From positions 608,001-672,000 of the forward strand of contig CAWJCS010000002.1 of assembly GCA_963841435.1 (NCBI GenBank): DNA of 64,000 nt. The letters run 5' to 3'. Source of the stretch: an uncultured delta proteobacterium. Lineage in GTDB: Bacteria > Myxococcota_A > Polyangia > Polyangiales > Polyangiaceae. The notes beneath the pieces are model-generated. The model saw only the letters and a program-made list of their open reading frames with translations. It was not told the origin of the DNA and ran no database searches. The position numbers were made by a program, and so were the translations under genes. This document shows, piece after piece, positions 1 to 12,027 of the stretch. Each line of letters starts with the position of its first letter. Position 1 is the first letter of the stretch.

Positions 1-693
1 CGTCGGCCAGAGCGCGCTTCTCAGCTGGGCGTCGGCCATCCCGCCTTCGCCGAGCGCTTCGGGCTTCGCGTAGCCACCGGCCTTCGGCGGGGAGCCGGTG
101 AGCATCCAGTAGAGCAGGCCCGCGGCGGCCCAGGCGTCGTCGGCGACGCTAGGCGCCGAGCCTTGGGTGCGCTCGGGCGCGTGCAGCGGCTCGCCCTCTT
201 CGCTCGGGTAGAAGGCGAGCACGGGCGGTTCACCCTCCGGATCGACGACGACCGAGCCGGCATGCACGAAGCCGTGCACGGCGCCGACCGCATGCAACGC
301 GTTCAGCGCGTCGGCGATGCGCAGCGCCATGCGGACCGCGTCGACGGGCGCCTTCTTCCCGATGACGCGCAGCCGCTCCTCGAGCGTTTGCCCCGAGACG
401 CGCGCCGCGACGGCGAGCTTTTCGCCCCCGGGGTTTGTGACGACGTCGAGCAGGCGACCGAGGTGCGGGTGCTCGACGGATGTGGCGGGCGAGAGCTTCT
501 CGGCGTGTTCCGCGCTCACCGGGATCAACACGACCGCGTCGCCGCCCTCGGTGTCGCGCCCGAAGAAGCTACCGGACGGACCGTGCACCGGGGCTTCGAC
601 GATGTAGTGCGACCCCACGGTCTGCCCGCTGTCGAGCGCCGGGCTCTTGGGCGCCTCCGGGCCCTCGGTATCGGAGTCGCTTTCGCGAGTCAC
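1..693 (-). CDS. Ser/Thr protein kinase-like protein (probable pseudokinase), 3' end outside the window
   Basis: Not in the ORF track because it runs off the edge. Manual translation from GTG 693: MTRESD...HPHLGRLLDV...RIADALNALHAVGAVHGFVHAGSV...LHAPERT...DDAWAAAGLLYWMLTG. Hanks-kinase subdomains IV, VIII (APE) and IX are recognisable. Confidence 0.7.
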   Translation of the reverse strand, partial: MTRESDSDTEGPEAPKSPALDSGQTVGSHYIVEAPVHGPSGSFFGRDTEGGDAVVLIPVSAEHAEKLSPATSVEHPHLGRLLDVVTNPGGEKLAVAARVSGQTLEERLRVIGKKAPVDAVRMALRIADALNALHAVGAVHGFVHAGSVVVDPEGEPPVLAFYPSEEGEPLHAPERTQGSAPSVADDAWAAAGLLYWMLTGSPPKAGGYAKPEALGEGGMADAQLRSALWPT

Positions 694-779
694 GGCTTCG
701 AGCGTCGCATTTGCGACCCGAAAGGTCCAGAAGGCGACCTCGCGACGACGGCGCCCCGGTAGGTTATCGTTTCCCGGCG

Positions 780-1721
780 GTGCGGCTCAGAACCGGAACG
801 AGCGGCTTCAGCTACGACGAGTGGCACGGAGGCTTCTACCCTGCAGATCTTCCCGCAGCGGAACGACTGTCGTTCTACGGGAGCCGGCTCCCCACGGTCG
901 AGATCAACAACACGTTTTATCAGATGCCCAAGCCGGAGCTCCTCGCGCGCTGGCGGGACATGGTGCCGGCGGATTTTCGTTTCGCCTTGAAGGCGCCGCG
1001 TCGGATCACGCACGTGCTCCGGCTCAAGGACGCGCGCGAGCCCGTCGAGCGCTTTCTCACGGTCGCGGCGACGCTCGGCGAGCGGCTCGGCCCCTTGCTG
1101 TTTCAGCTACCACCGTTTGCGCGCATGGACGCCGCGTTGCTCGGGGACTTCCTCGCGCTTTTGCCGGCGGGACAGCGCGTCGCGTTCGAGTTTCGCCACC
1201 CGTCGTGGTTCGACGAGGCGATCTACGAGCTTCTGCGCGCGCACGACGCGGCGCTGTGCGTGGGCGATTCCGACGACGGCGCTCGCTCGCCGCCGCTCGT
1301 CGCGACGGCGCGTTGGGGCTACCTGCGGCTGCGCGCACCGTCCTACGACGCGCGCGGCCTCGGTGCCTGGAGCGAGCGCATTGTCTCCCAGCCGTGGGAC
1401 GAGGCGTACGCGTACCTGAAGCACGAGGTGAATGGGCCCGCCTACGCCGCGTACCTCGATGCCGTCGCGGTCGGGCGCGGGGCGCCGCCGCTGCCCGAAA
1501 GCGAGCCCGGGCTCGTGCCCGCGCGGCGTGAAAGAAAGAAGCGTTCGCGCTCCGCCGCGGCGACCGCGCCCACGCCCGAGCGCCCCGCCGAGACGGCGAA
1601 GAACGCGAAGCGAACGGCCCCGAAGCCCGCGGTCGGGACGGCGACCGAGAAGCCCGCGCGCTCTAAAGGGCCTCGCGCGACGCAAAAAGCCGCAGCGCGG
1701 CCCGCGCGAGGCTCGCGCTGA
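780..1721 (+). CDS. DUF72 (YecE-like) protein with basic low-complexity C-terminal tail
   Basis: GTSGFSY, TVEINNTFY, FALKAPRRITH, LFQLPP, AFEFRHPSW, YLRLR motifs. Start placed at GTG 780 within ORF 480..1721. Confidence 0.9.
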   Translation: MRLRTGTSGFSYDEWHGGFYPADLPAAERLSFYGSRLPTVEINNTFYQMPKPELLARWRDMVPADFRFALKAPRRITHVLRLKDAREPVERFLTVAATLGERLGPLLFQLPPFARMDAALLGDFLALLPAGQRVAFEFRHPSWFDEAIYELLRAHDAALCVGDSDDGARSPPLVATARWGYLRLRAPSYDARGLGAWSERIVSQPWDEAYAYLKHEVNGPAYAAYLDAVAVGRGAPPLPESEPGLVPARRERKKRSRSAAATAPTPERPAETAKNAKRTAPKPAVGTATEKPARSKGPRATQKAAARPARGSR

Positions 1722-1730
1722 GGTTCGCGG

Positions 1731-4265
<2,535 letters not shown>

Positions 4266-4340
4266 GCCGACGCTGCTAGGAAAGCGGACGGGGCCCGCCG
4301 GCCGGCCAGCCAAATGGCGGGATACGCTCTGAAAATCGGC

Positions 4341-4568
4341 TCAGCGCCCGAGGCCCGCTGGGGGGCCCGCGCCGCCTTGGTCGTCGTCCTCGAGGACGGT
4401 GGCAACGACGACGGCTCCGACGAGTGGGAGCAGCCAAATGAGCTTGCTCTGGGCGATTTTCTGTCCCTTGTCGAAAGCTTCGGAGCGCCACACGCGGCGG
4501 GTGATGCGCACCTGGAAGGCGATCACCGCGAGCAGCAGAACGAGGGCGACCCAATGAGCGCGGTCCAC
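4341..4568 (-). CDS. Small 2-TM membrane protein (PLDc_N-like)
   Basis: Hydrophobic helix followed by K..LIWLLPLVGAVV, resembling PLDc N-terminal domains. GTG 4568 start inferred. Confidence 0.5.
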   Translation of the reverse strand: MDRAHWVALVLLLAVIAFQVRITRRVWRSEAFDKGQKIAQSKLIWLLPLVGAVVVATVLEDDDQGGAGPPAGLGR

Positions 4569-4681
4569 GGCTTCGCAAGCTAAGGCGGGGCCTCCGGGCG
4601 CGCAAGAGCTCGCCCTTTTGGGTTTCAGCCGAGATTTCGGCATTTGCATCGAGCGCACGGCGGCGTGAGCGTTCGTCGGAC

Positions 4682-5335
4682 ATGCCCGAAGTCCCGACCC
4701 CCTCGCATGGCTCCCTCCGTCTCGTCGGCCGGTCGAGCTCTCATTTTACGCGCCTGGTGCGCATCGTCGCCCACGAGCTCGGCTTGGAGCTGGAGCTCGC
4801 GCCCGTCCTCGACCTCTGGTCGCGCGACGCCCGCACCTTCGGTGACAACCCGACGCTCCGTGTGCCGTCGCTCCACACCACCGAGGGCACGTGGTTCGGC
4901 TCGCTCAACGCGTGCCGCGAGCTCGCCCGTCGCGCGCCGCGCCCCTATCGCATGATCTTTCCCGAAGCGCTCACGGAACCGCTCGCGGCGAACGCCTTCG
5001 AGCTCGCCACGGACGCCATGGGCGCCACGGTGACGGTCGTCATGGCGCGGCTCGCCGGGATCGCCAACGACAACGCGGTCCTTCAGAAGTCGCTCGCGCG
5101 GATCGAGGGCACCGTGACGTGGCTCGACGAGCGGCTCGCCAACGTCCTCTGCTCGCTCCCGCCGCGTGACCTCAGTCTGCTCGAGGTCGCGCTGTTCTGC
5201 TTCGGCGAGCATCTCGAGTTTCGTGAGATCCTCTCGCTCGAGAAAAGGCCGCGGCTTTCCGCGTTTTGCCGCGATTTTTCGCGCCGGCCGTCGGCGCTCG
5301 CCACGCCGTACGCGTTCGATCGCCGGCCGTCCTGA
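4682..5335 (+). CDS. Glutathione S-transferase family protein
   Basis: N-terminal SSHFTRLVRIVAHELGL, NPTLRVPSL (cis-Pro loop), helical C-terminal domain; 217 aa. Confidence 0.8.
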   Translation: MPEVPTPSHGSLRLVGRSSSHFTRLVRIVAHELGLELELAPVLDLWSRDARTFGDNPTLRVPSLHTTEGTWFGSLNACRELARRAPRPYRMIFPEALTEPLAANAFELATDAMGATVTVVMARLAGIANDNAVLQKSLARIEGTVTWLDERLANVLCSLPPRDLSLLEVALFCFGEHLEFREILSLEKRPRLSAFCRDFSRRPSALATPYAFDRRPS

Positions 5336-5467
5336 CGCAACGCCGCGTTGCAGTCGGCCGTGCTCGGGCGCGGTGAGGCTCGGGCGCTCTTCGCGGAGTT
5401 CGTTCGACGGCCACGACACCACGGGCTTCGGGGAGCGCCGCCCGCCGTTCGGCGCTATCGTTCGGGC

Positions 5468-5935
5468 ATGACTTTGCTCGTTCGAGAGCGCTTGGTAATA
5501 CGCGGCGCGACCGCCGACGACGTGGGCTTCGTCGAACGGACGGGTCGCGAGGCGTTTGCCGAATTCGACCCCCACGCCGGTGCCCACTCGCGCGCGATCG
5601 TCCGACAACCGGGCACCGTGACGTTGATCGCGAGCGTTGACGGCAGGCCGTCGGGTTTCATCGCGATCGAACGCGTGGGCCGGGGGGCCCTCGTGCAAGC
5701 CATCGCCGTGCGGCGTGTCGATCGCGGCCGAGGACTCGGGGCGCGACTCCTGTCGGCCGCGGAGCGCATCGCCCGAGACGGCGGCGCGCGAACGCTGTCG
5801 CTCGCCACGGCCCAGGCCAACGTCGAGGCGCTGTCGCTGTTTCTGAAGGCAGACTTCGAGATCGAGCGGCGCATGCAGCGTTTCTACGCCCGCGGGCAGG
5901 ACGCCTGCTGGCTCGTGAAACGGCTCGACGCCTGA
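5468..5935 (+). CDS. GNAT family N-acetyltransferase (RimI-like)
   Basis: IAV...[10 protein letters not shown] acetyl-CoA motif, N..A..LF, RFY..GQDA C-terminus. Confidence 0.85.
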   Translation: MTLLVRERLVIRGATADDVGFVERTGREAFAEFDPHAGAHSRAIVRQPGTVTLIASVDGRPSGFIAIERVGRGALVQAIAVRRVDRGRGLGARLLSAAERIARDGGARTLSLATAQANVEALSLFLKADFEIERRMQRFYARGQDACWLVKRLDA

Positions 5936-6003
5936 GCTCGGAGCGTCACGCCCGGAGCCGGCCTTCGTCGCCGGGCGGGATCCGAGCTAGAACGCTCGCC
6001 GTC

Positions 6004-6930
6004 GTGGACGCGATCCTCTCCATTCGGAACCTGAGCAAGCGGTATGCGTCTGGCTTCCAGGCGCTCACGCACGTCGACCTCGACATCGAGCGCGGCGAGA
6101 TCTTCGCGCTGCTCGGCCCGAACGGTGCCGGCAAGACCACGCTCATCAGCATCGTCTGCGGGATCGTGAACCCGACCGAGGGCACCGTGCTTGCCGACGG
6201 CCACGATGTCGTCCGCGACTACAAGCGGGCCCGCGAGAAGATCGGCCTCGTTCCGCAAGAGATCAGCACGGACATGTTCGAGCGCGTGTGGGACACGGTC
6301 ACCTTCAGCCGCGGGCTCTTCGGCAAGCCCAAGAACCCCGAGTACGTCTCGAAAGTGCTCGCGGATCTGTCGCTCTCGGACAAGAAGCACGCCAAAATCA
6401 TCACGCTTTCGGGGGGCATGAAGCGCCGCGTGATGATCGCCAAGGCGCTTTCGCACCAGCCGGAGATCCTGTTTCTGGACGAGCCGACCGCCGGGGTCGA
6501 CGTGACGCTGCGGCGCGCCATGTGGGAAATGGTGCGGAAGCTCCGCGAGCTCGGCGTCACCATCATCCTGACGACGCACTACCTCGAGGAAGCGGAGGAA
6601 ATGGCCGATCGCGTCGGTGTGATCGACAAGGGCTCGCTCGTTCTCGTGGAGGACAAGCGAAAGCTCATGCAGAAGCTCGGGAAAAAGCAGCTCACGCTCG
6701 AGCTCGTGCAACCACTCGCCGCCTTGCCGGCGGCGTTCGCGGGCGAGCCACTCGAGCTCTCCGACGAGGGGCGCCGCCTCACCTACACGTTCGACGCGCG
6801 AGGCAGCGAGCCCCGCGTGGGGGAGCTCCTGCGGCAGCTCGCGGCGAGCGGCATCGACTTCCGGGATCTCGAGACGCGTCAGAGCTCGCTCGAGGAGATC
6901 TTCGTGAAGCTCCTCGACGGAGGCGCATGA
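6004..6930 (+). CDS. ABC-2 type exporter ATP-binding protein (YadG-like)
   Basis: GPNGAGKT Walker A, LSGGMKRR signature, LFLDEPT Walker B, TTHYLEEA. Confidence 0.93.
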   Translation: MDAILSIRNLSKRYASGFQALTHVDLDIERGEIFALLGPNGAGKTTLISIVCGIVNPTEGTVLADGHDVVRDYKRAREKIGLVPQEISTDMFERVWDTVTFSRGLFGKPKNPEYVSKVLADLSLSDKKHAKIITLSGGMKRRVMIAKALSHQPEILFLDEPTAGVDVTLRRAMWEMVRKLRELGVTIILTTHYLEEAEEMADRVGVIDKGSLVLVEDKRKLMQKLGKKQLTLELVQPLAALPAAFAGEPLELSDEGRRLTYTFDARGSEPRVGELLRQLAASGIDFRDLETRQSSLEEIFVKLLDGGA

Positions 6931-7688
6931 ATCGGCACGCCGTGGCCGCCATCTTCGGTTTCGAGATGGCACGCACCTTCCGTACGCTGATGCAGAGCAT
7001 CGCGTCACCCGTGCTCTCGACGGCGCTCTACTTCATCGTGTTCGGTTCCGCGATCGGCTCGCGCATGATGGCGATCGACGGCGTCAGCTACGGCGCGTTC
7101 ATCGTCCCCGGCCTCACCATGCTCTCAATTCTCACCGAGAGCGTGTCGAACGCCTCGTTCGGCATCTACCTGCCGCGTTTCTCGGGCACGATCTACGAGG
7201 TGCTGTCGGCGCCTGTCTCGGCTTTCGAGATCCTGTGCGGCTACGTCGGCGCGGCCGCGACGAAGTCGGTGCTGCTCGGTGCGATCATCCTTTTGACGGC
7301 TCGTCTGTTCGTGCCGTACGAGATCCAGCATCCCGTGTGGATGGCGACGTTCCTCGTGCTCACGTCGCTCACGTTCAGCCTGTTCGGCTTCGTGATCGGC
7401 ATCTGGGCGGACAGCTTCGAGCGGCTTCAGCTCGTGCCGCTGATGGTGGTGACGCCGCTCGCGTTCCTCGGTGGCAGCTTCTATTCGATCGACATGCTGC
7501 CGCCGGTCTGGCGGAAAGTCGCGCTGCTCAACCCCGTCGTTTACCTCGTGAGCGGGTTTCGCTGGAGCTTTTACGAGAGCTCCAACGTCGGGGTGGGGGT
7601 CAGCCTCCTCATGACGCTCGCGTTCTTCGGCGTCTGCGCCCTCTTGGTCACCTGGATCTTTCGGACCGGCTATCGGCTGAAGGCTTGA
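6927..7688 (+). CDS. ABC-2 type exporter permease (YadH-like)
   Basis: ATGA overlap with the ATPase; about 6 TM helices; [35 protein letters not shown]. Confidence 0.9.
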   Translation: MNRHAVAAIFGFEMARTFRTLMQSIASPVLSTALYFIVFGSAIGSRMMAIDGVSYGAFIVPGLTMLSILTESVSNASFGIYLPRFSGTIYEVLSAPVSAFEILCGYVGAAATKSVLLGAIILLTARLFVPYEIQHPVWMATFLVLTSLTFSLFGFVIGIWADSFERLQLVPLMVVTPLAFLGGSFYSIDMLPPVWRKVALLNPVVYLVSGFRWSFYESSNVGVGVSLLMTLAFFGVCALLVTWIFRTGYRLKA

Positions 7689-7977
7689 CGGTCGGCCCCC
7701 CGGGCCGCTCGCCGCGCGGTCGAGCGAGCCGTACGATTTCCCAGGCGATCACGGCGAGCGGGAGCTCGATCACGAACAGCACGAGAATCAGGCGGAGCGC
7801 CGAATCGAGGAGCCCAGGGGAATGACCCTCGAGCGGGGGGACTTGCCGCGAAAGGGTGCGCACGACGAGCAACCCCGAGGAAAAGCACAAAAGGGCGGCT
7901 GCCATGGCAAGGCGCGCGCGCCGGGACCGGCGGCCACGCTCGAAAAGAAAGTCCCAGAGGCGTGCGATGACGTCCAA
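7648..7977 (-). CDS. Hypothetical small 2-TM membrane protein
   Basis: Two hydrophobic segments in the 3' part of ORF 7648..8604. TTG start at 7977 inferred; overlaps the permease end by about 40 nt. Confidence 0.4.
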   Translation of the reverse strand: MDVIARLWDFLFERGRRSRRARLAMAAALLCFSSGLLVVRTLSRQVPPLEGHSPGLLDSALRLILVLFVIELPLAVIAWEIVRLARPRGERPGGPTVKPSADSRSERSR

Positions 7978-8157
7978 GCTCGTTGTCCGACAGCGCGGAA
8001 GGGACAACGTTCCGAGGCGCGCCCGCTCGGGCGAAGGTCCGGGCGTCTCGCCTTCCGCTGGTCGCATGATTCGGCTTAGTCTCTCGTATCGTCCCATGAC
8101 GCCCCGCCTGCCCAGTGATCGCGCCCGGGGGCTCCGCCGAGCCCGCGAAGGGGCGCC

Positions 8158-8634
8158 GTGACCTGCGCCGTCGCGGATCTGGTCGCGGGCACGATTCACG
8201 CGGCCGTCGAGATCGCTGCCGCGCCGGACGCCGTCTTCGACGCGCTCGTCGATCCGGAGGAGCTCGCCCTCTGGTGGGGCTCGCCGGATACCTACCGGAC
8301 GCGCGACTGGCGCGTCGACCTCAGGCCCGGAGGCGGCTTCAGCACGCGCGCCAAGCGCGTGCAGGATGGGCGCGTCACGGAGGTCAAGGGTCGCTACCTC
8401 GAGGTCGAGCGGCCGCGGCTCCTCGTGCACACCTGGGAGCAGGGGCCGGGGGTGCCCGACGAGACCGTGATCCGCGTCGAGCTCACGCCGACGAACGCGG
8501 GCACGCGCGTGCGGGTGACGCACAGCGGGTTCGCCGAGCACGGCGCGTCCGCAGCCGCCCACACCGAGAGCTGGCGTCGCGTGCTCGGCTGGCTCGACGC
8601 CCACGTCGGCCGGCGCGCGCGCGCTCGCGCCTGA
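8158..8634 (+). CDS. SRPBCC/AHSA1 domain protein
   Basis: IAAAPDAVFDALVDPEELALWWG, DLRPGG, GRYLEVERPRLLVHTW, TRVRVTHSGF. Confidence 0.88.
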   Translation: MTCAVADLVAGTIHAAVEIAAAPDAVFDALVDPEELALWWGSPDTYRTRDWRVDLRPGGGFSTRAKRVQDGRVTEVKGRYLEVERPRLLVHTWEQGPGVPDETVIRVELTPTNAGTRVRVTHSGFAEHGASAAAHTESWRRVLGWLDAHVGRRARARA

Positions 8635-8659
8635 GCGTCGTTCCCCGCGCCCGGTGCTG

Positions 8660-8722
8660 CTGACACCACGCTGTCGGTAGTCCGCACGGCCGTCACGACA
8701 CCTGACACTAGGCTGTCAGTAG
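8660..8722. promoter_or_regulatory. Two tandem palindromic operators CTGACA-N6-TGTC(A/G)G, probable binding sites of the adjacent WYL regulator
   Basis: CTGACACCACGCTGTCGG at 8660-8677 and perfect CTGACACTAGGCTGTCAG at 8702-8719. Both are followed by TAG and lie 42 bp apart, upstream of the VOC gene. Confidence 0.7.
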
Positions 8723-8787
8723 CGGGTCGCTATGACGGTTCGTGTTCGCGGGGCACTTTCGCTCCGCGCGACGAGGAGCATATCGAC

Positions 8788-9138
8788 ATGGCAAACAAGG
8801 TGATGTGGTACGAGGTTCTCGGTAAGGACGGCACGAAGCTCAAGCACTTCTTCTCGGAGCTTTTCGGCTGGTCCTTCAAGGACGCGCCGGGCATGAACTA
8901 TGGCATGACCGATCCGGAGGCGACGGGCATCGGCGGCGGCATCGGGGCTGCCCCCGCGCCCGGCGCGAGCTGGTCGACGTTTTACGTCGGCGTCGAGAGC
9001 GTGGAAAAGGCGCTCGCGCGCGCCAAGGCGCTCGGCGGCAAGGAGCTCATGCCCGTCACGAAGCTGCCGGACGTGACCATCGCGGTCTTCGCCGACCCCG
9101 AGGGTCATCCCGTCGGTCTCGTCGAGCACCCGGCCTGA
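8788..9138 (+). CDS. VOC (glyoxalase/bleomycin-resistance-like) family protein
   Basis: VMWYEV, FFSELFGWSF, GIGGGI, FADPEGHPVGL; GAGGAG RBS upstream. Confidence 0.9.
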   Translation: MANKVMWYEVLGKDGTKLKHFFSELFGWSFKDAPGMNYGMTDPEATGIGGGIGAAPAPGASWSTFYVGVESVEKALARAKALGGKELMPVTKLPDVTIAVFADPEGHPVGLVEHPA

Positions 9139-9153
9139 GGGCGCCCGGCCGGG

Positions 9154-9180
9154 GGCAGGAGGGTTCCGGGCCCTCCTGCC
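9154..9180 (+). terminator. GC-rich hairpin after the VOC gene (probable terminator or attenuator)
   Basis: GGCAGGAGGG-ttccggg-CCCTCCTGCC, a perfect 10-bp stem with only a weak U tail. Confidence 0.5.
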
Positions 9181-9223
9181 TTGCCGCGCCCCGCTTTCTG
9201 CCGCATTGGGCACGGTCTGGGTC

Positions 9224-9970
9224 ATGCGACGCGCCGATCGTCTGTTTCAGATCGTGGGCCTCTTGCGATCTCGGCGGCTCACGACGGCCGCCGAGATCGC
9301 CGCCGAGCTCGAGGTCTCGACGCGCACCGTGTACCGCGACGTGCAGGATCTGATCGAGAGCGGCGTGCCCATCGAGGGTGAGGCCGGCGTGGGCTATCGC
9401 ATGCAGAAGGGCTTCGAGCTCCGCCCGATGACGTTCACGGTCGACGAGCTCGAGGCGCTCGTGCTCGGCGCGCGCCTCGTCGAGGCGTGGGCAGATCCGG
9501 ATCTCGGCGTGGCAGTGCGCGGCGCCATGCAAAAAATCGAAAGCGTGCTCCCCGAGCCGCTCCAGGCGTCGATGCTGAAGACGGCGCTGTTCGGACCCCC
9601 GCACCGCACGCGCGGTGAAACCTCCGAGACACTGCGGCGCTTGCGCCGCGCGCTCGGCAACGAGCGCTGGGTGAAGCTCGTTTACGTCGATGCCGCCGGC
9701 GCGGAGACGGAGCGGACCGTCGTGCCGCTGGGGCTCTATTTCTGGGGGCCGGAGTGGTTGCTCGCAGCGTATTGCTGGCTGCGCGACGACTACCGCTCGT
9801 TTCGCGTCGACCGCGTCCAGGCGCTCGAGGATGCCGAGCCGGAGCCCGCCCGCCTCGCCGAGCGAGCCGAGGCGCCGACCCTCGCGGGCTACGTGCGAGC
9901 CATGGAGGAGCGCCGTGCCGCCGAGATCGCGTCCGGGCGCTGTGGCCCTAGCGCGCGATCGGCGCGGTGA
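9224..9970 (+). CDS. YafY-family HTH-WYL transcriptional regulator
   Basis: MRRADRLFQIV..LR, ELEVSTRTVYRD, GEAGVGY, and a WYL domain WLLAAYCWLRDDYRSFRVDR. Confidence 0.92.
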   Translation: MRRADRLFQIVGLLRSRRLTTAAEIAAELEVSTRTVYRDVQDLIESGVPIEGEAGVGYRMQKGFELRPMTFTVDELEALVLGARLVEAWADPDLGVAVRGAMQKIESVLPEPLQASMLKTALFGPPHRTRGETSETLRRLRRALGNERWVKLVYVDAAGAETERTVVPLGLYFWGPEWLLAAYCWLRDDYRSFRVDRVQALEDAEPEPARLAERAEAPTLAGYVRAMEERRAAEIASGRCGPSARSAR

Positions 9971-10013
9971 ACGTCGACCCAAGGAACGCGGCGGCGCGCG
10001 TGTTTCAGGGCTC

Positions 10014-10385
10014 GTGCGTGCGCTCGTGTGCTTGCTCTTTTCGATCGCCTGCGCGCCGGACACACCGGCCGCGAGCGTGCCCCACGAGGAGCAGAGCTAC
10101 GCGCAAGCCGTGCGCATGATCTGCGAGGTCGATCGCTACGTCGAGGTCGACCCGGACGACGTGCTCGGTGTCTCCGCCGCGCGAGAACAGTATTTGATCG
10201 ATCACGTGAAAAATGGTGATGGCATTTATTTTCTCACGCTGTTTCGCATCGAGGGGCCGAGGGAGCAGGCGCGCATGCTCGCGCAGGAAGCAGCGGAAAC
10301 GAAGCTCCCGAGCTGCCCGCTCGTCGCCGCGCTCCGCGCTTTCGACGAGCCCGCGCCCACGCGGGCCGAGGCTTCGTCACCCTGA
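10014..10385 (+). CDS. Hypothetical lipoprotein
   Basis: GTG 10014 gives MRALVCLLFSIAC, a lipobox-like signal, followed by a globular-looking sequence. Confidence 0.6.
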   Translation: MRALVCLLFSIACAPDTPAASVPHEEQSYAQAVRMICEVDRYVEVDPDDVLGVSAAREQYLIDHVKNGDGIYFLTLFRIEGPREQARMLAQEAAETKLPSCPLVAALRAFDEPAPTRAEASSP

Positions 10386-10435
10386 CGAGTCGCGTGGCCG
10401 GTTGAAAGCCTGGACGCTTCGTTGTACTGGGCGGC

Positions 10436-11167
10436 GTGCCGCGCGTTGCCTGGTTGATGGTCGCCTGGTCGCTCCTCGCGTGCGGTTCCTCGCCGGAGCC
10501 GGAGGCGGCCACGGCGCACAGCGCGGCGAAGCACCCGGCGGGCAGGCAGAAGTCGAAGGCCGCTCCGCGCGCGTTCACGGCGGCCGGGCTGCCGGCGCGC
10601 TGCGAAAAGCAGCGCTGGCCCTGCATGCCCCCGAAGCGCTGGGTGAGCAAACTCTGCGAGGACGTTTACCCTGACGTCGCGCTGCACATGTTCGCTCCCG
10701 GCACGCCGTGGCAGCGCTTCTACATGCTGAAGAACGCCGACCCCTTCAACGCCTCGGGTGGCGCCTCGCTCATGGGCGACAAGATGCGGCGCGGTGAGGA
10801 GGTGATCGCGCTCAAGCGCAACAACGCGCACAACGGCATCCAGACCTCCGACATCGGCGGCTACGACGTCCTCCGCTGGAACGGCGCTTGCGCCACGGTG
10901 CACGACGGCGAGTTCGCGACGAAGCCCCTCTCCTACGTGGAGCACGCCCACCTCGAATGGCGCCAGCTCGGCTTGCCCATGCGCTTGACGCTCGAGGCCG
11001 ACCCCGACGTGGGCGCGACGTACGAGGAGAAGCGACGCCAATGCAAGGGCATCAGCCTGGGTCGCGTGAGCGCCGATTGCGAGGACTACGACAAGAAGCT
11101 CGTTGACGAGGTGGTGCGGTACGTCCGCGAGGGTGGCAAGCTGCCCAAGCCCAAGAAGGTGCCCTGA
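10436..11167 (+). CDS. Hypothetical Cys-containing lipoprotein
   Basis: LLACG lipobox, strong GC3 coding bias, several paired Cys. Confidence 0.7.
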   Translation: MPRVAWLMVAWSLLACGSSPEPEAATAHSAAKHPAGRQKSKAAPRAFTAAGLPARCEKQRWPCMPPKRWVSKLCEDVYPDVALHMFAPGTPWQRFYMLKNADPFNASGGASLMGDKMRRGEEVIALKRNNAHNGIQTSDIGGYDVLRWNGACATVHDGEFATKPLSYVEHAHLEWRQLGLPMRLTLEADPDVGATYEEKRRQCKGISLGRVSADCEDYDKKLVDEVVRYVREGGKLPKPKKVP

Positions 11168-11198
11168 GCCCGGCTCGGGGGCGGTCGATCGGCCCGGG

Positions 11199-11579
11199 AT
11201 GCGCCTTTTTCTATTGCTCTCCACGGCCAACGGCTTTTTGGCCGTGCTGCTCGGCGCGTTCGGCGCCCACGCCCTGCGTGGTCGCTTTGCGGCGCTCCCC
11301 GACGGGGCGCGCCGGCTCGAGTGGTGGCACACCGCGACGAGCTATCACCTCGCGCACGCGCTCGCCTTGGGGCTCGCCGCCTTCGTCGCGAGTCGCGCGG
11401 AGGGCACGGCGAGCATGCTGGGCGGCTACGCGTTCCAGCTCGGCATCGTGCTCTTCTCGGGCAGCCTCTACGTGATGGCGCTGTCCGGAGTCCGCGCGCT
11501 CGGCGCCGTCACACCGCTCGGCGGCCTGTCGCTGCTCGCGGGCTGGGCCCTGCTCTTCTTCGCCGCGTGGCGGCGCTGA
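11199..11579 (+). CDS. DUF423 (YgdD/TMEM256) membrane protein
   Basis: LGAFGAH, YHLAHALAL, GIVLFSGSLY, LGAVTPLGG. Confidence 0.92.
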   Translation: MRLFLLLSTANGFLAVLLGAFGAHALRGRFAALPDGARRLEWWHTATSYHLAHALALGLAAFVASRAEGTASMLGGYAFQLGIVLFSGSLYVMALSGVRALGAVTPLGGLSLLAGWALLFFAAWRR

Positions 11580-11587
11580 CCCGGCGC

Positions 11588-11944
11588 TCAGGTAAGCTCG
11601 AGCAGCTCGACCTCGAACAAGAGCGTGGCGTTCGGCGGGATCACGGCACCGGCTCCCCGCGCGCCATAGCCGAGGCCCGGCGGGATGATCAGGGTTCGCG
11701 CTCCTCCGACCTGCATGCTGGCGACGCCTTCGTCCCACCCAGCGATCACGCGCCCCATGCCGATCGGGAACGAGAACGGACGGCCGCGGTCGTGGGAGCT
11801 GTCGAATTTGCTCCCTTTCTTGTCGTCCTCCCAGAGCCACCCCGTGTAGTGCATCACGCAGGTCTGCCCCGTTTTCGGCGACGCGCCGGTGCCGGCGCGG
11901 GTGTCCTCGTACGAAAGGCCGCTCTTGGTCGTGGTCATCGCCAT
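11588..11944 (-). CDS. FKBP-type peptidyl-prolyl cis-trans isomerase
   Basis: [47 protein letters not shown]. Confidence 0.95.
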   Translation of the reverse strand: MAMTTTKSGLSYEDTRAGTGASPKTGQTCVMHYTGWLWEDDKKGSKFDSSHDRGRPFSFPIGMGRVIAGWDEGVASMQVGGARTLIIPPGLGYGARGAGAVIPPNATLLFEVELLELT

Positions 11945-12027
11945 GTCCGAGCCTTTGCAGACGCGTCCGGGCCCGTCAACCCGCAAACATCCACCCTCGT
12001 TTGGGCGTGTCGGAGCGAGAGTGTCAT

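Noticed and set aside
9224-9970. WYL gene as a marker of an anti-phage defence island
   Set aside because: It is a YafY-type regulator next to VOC and SRPBCC genes. I recognised no BREX, CBASS, RM or Cas genes nearby.
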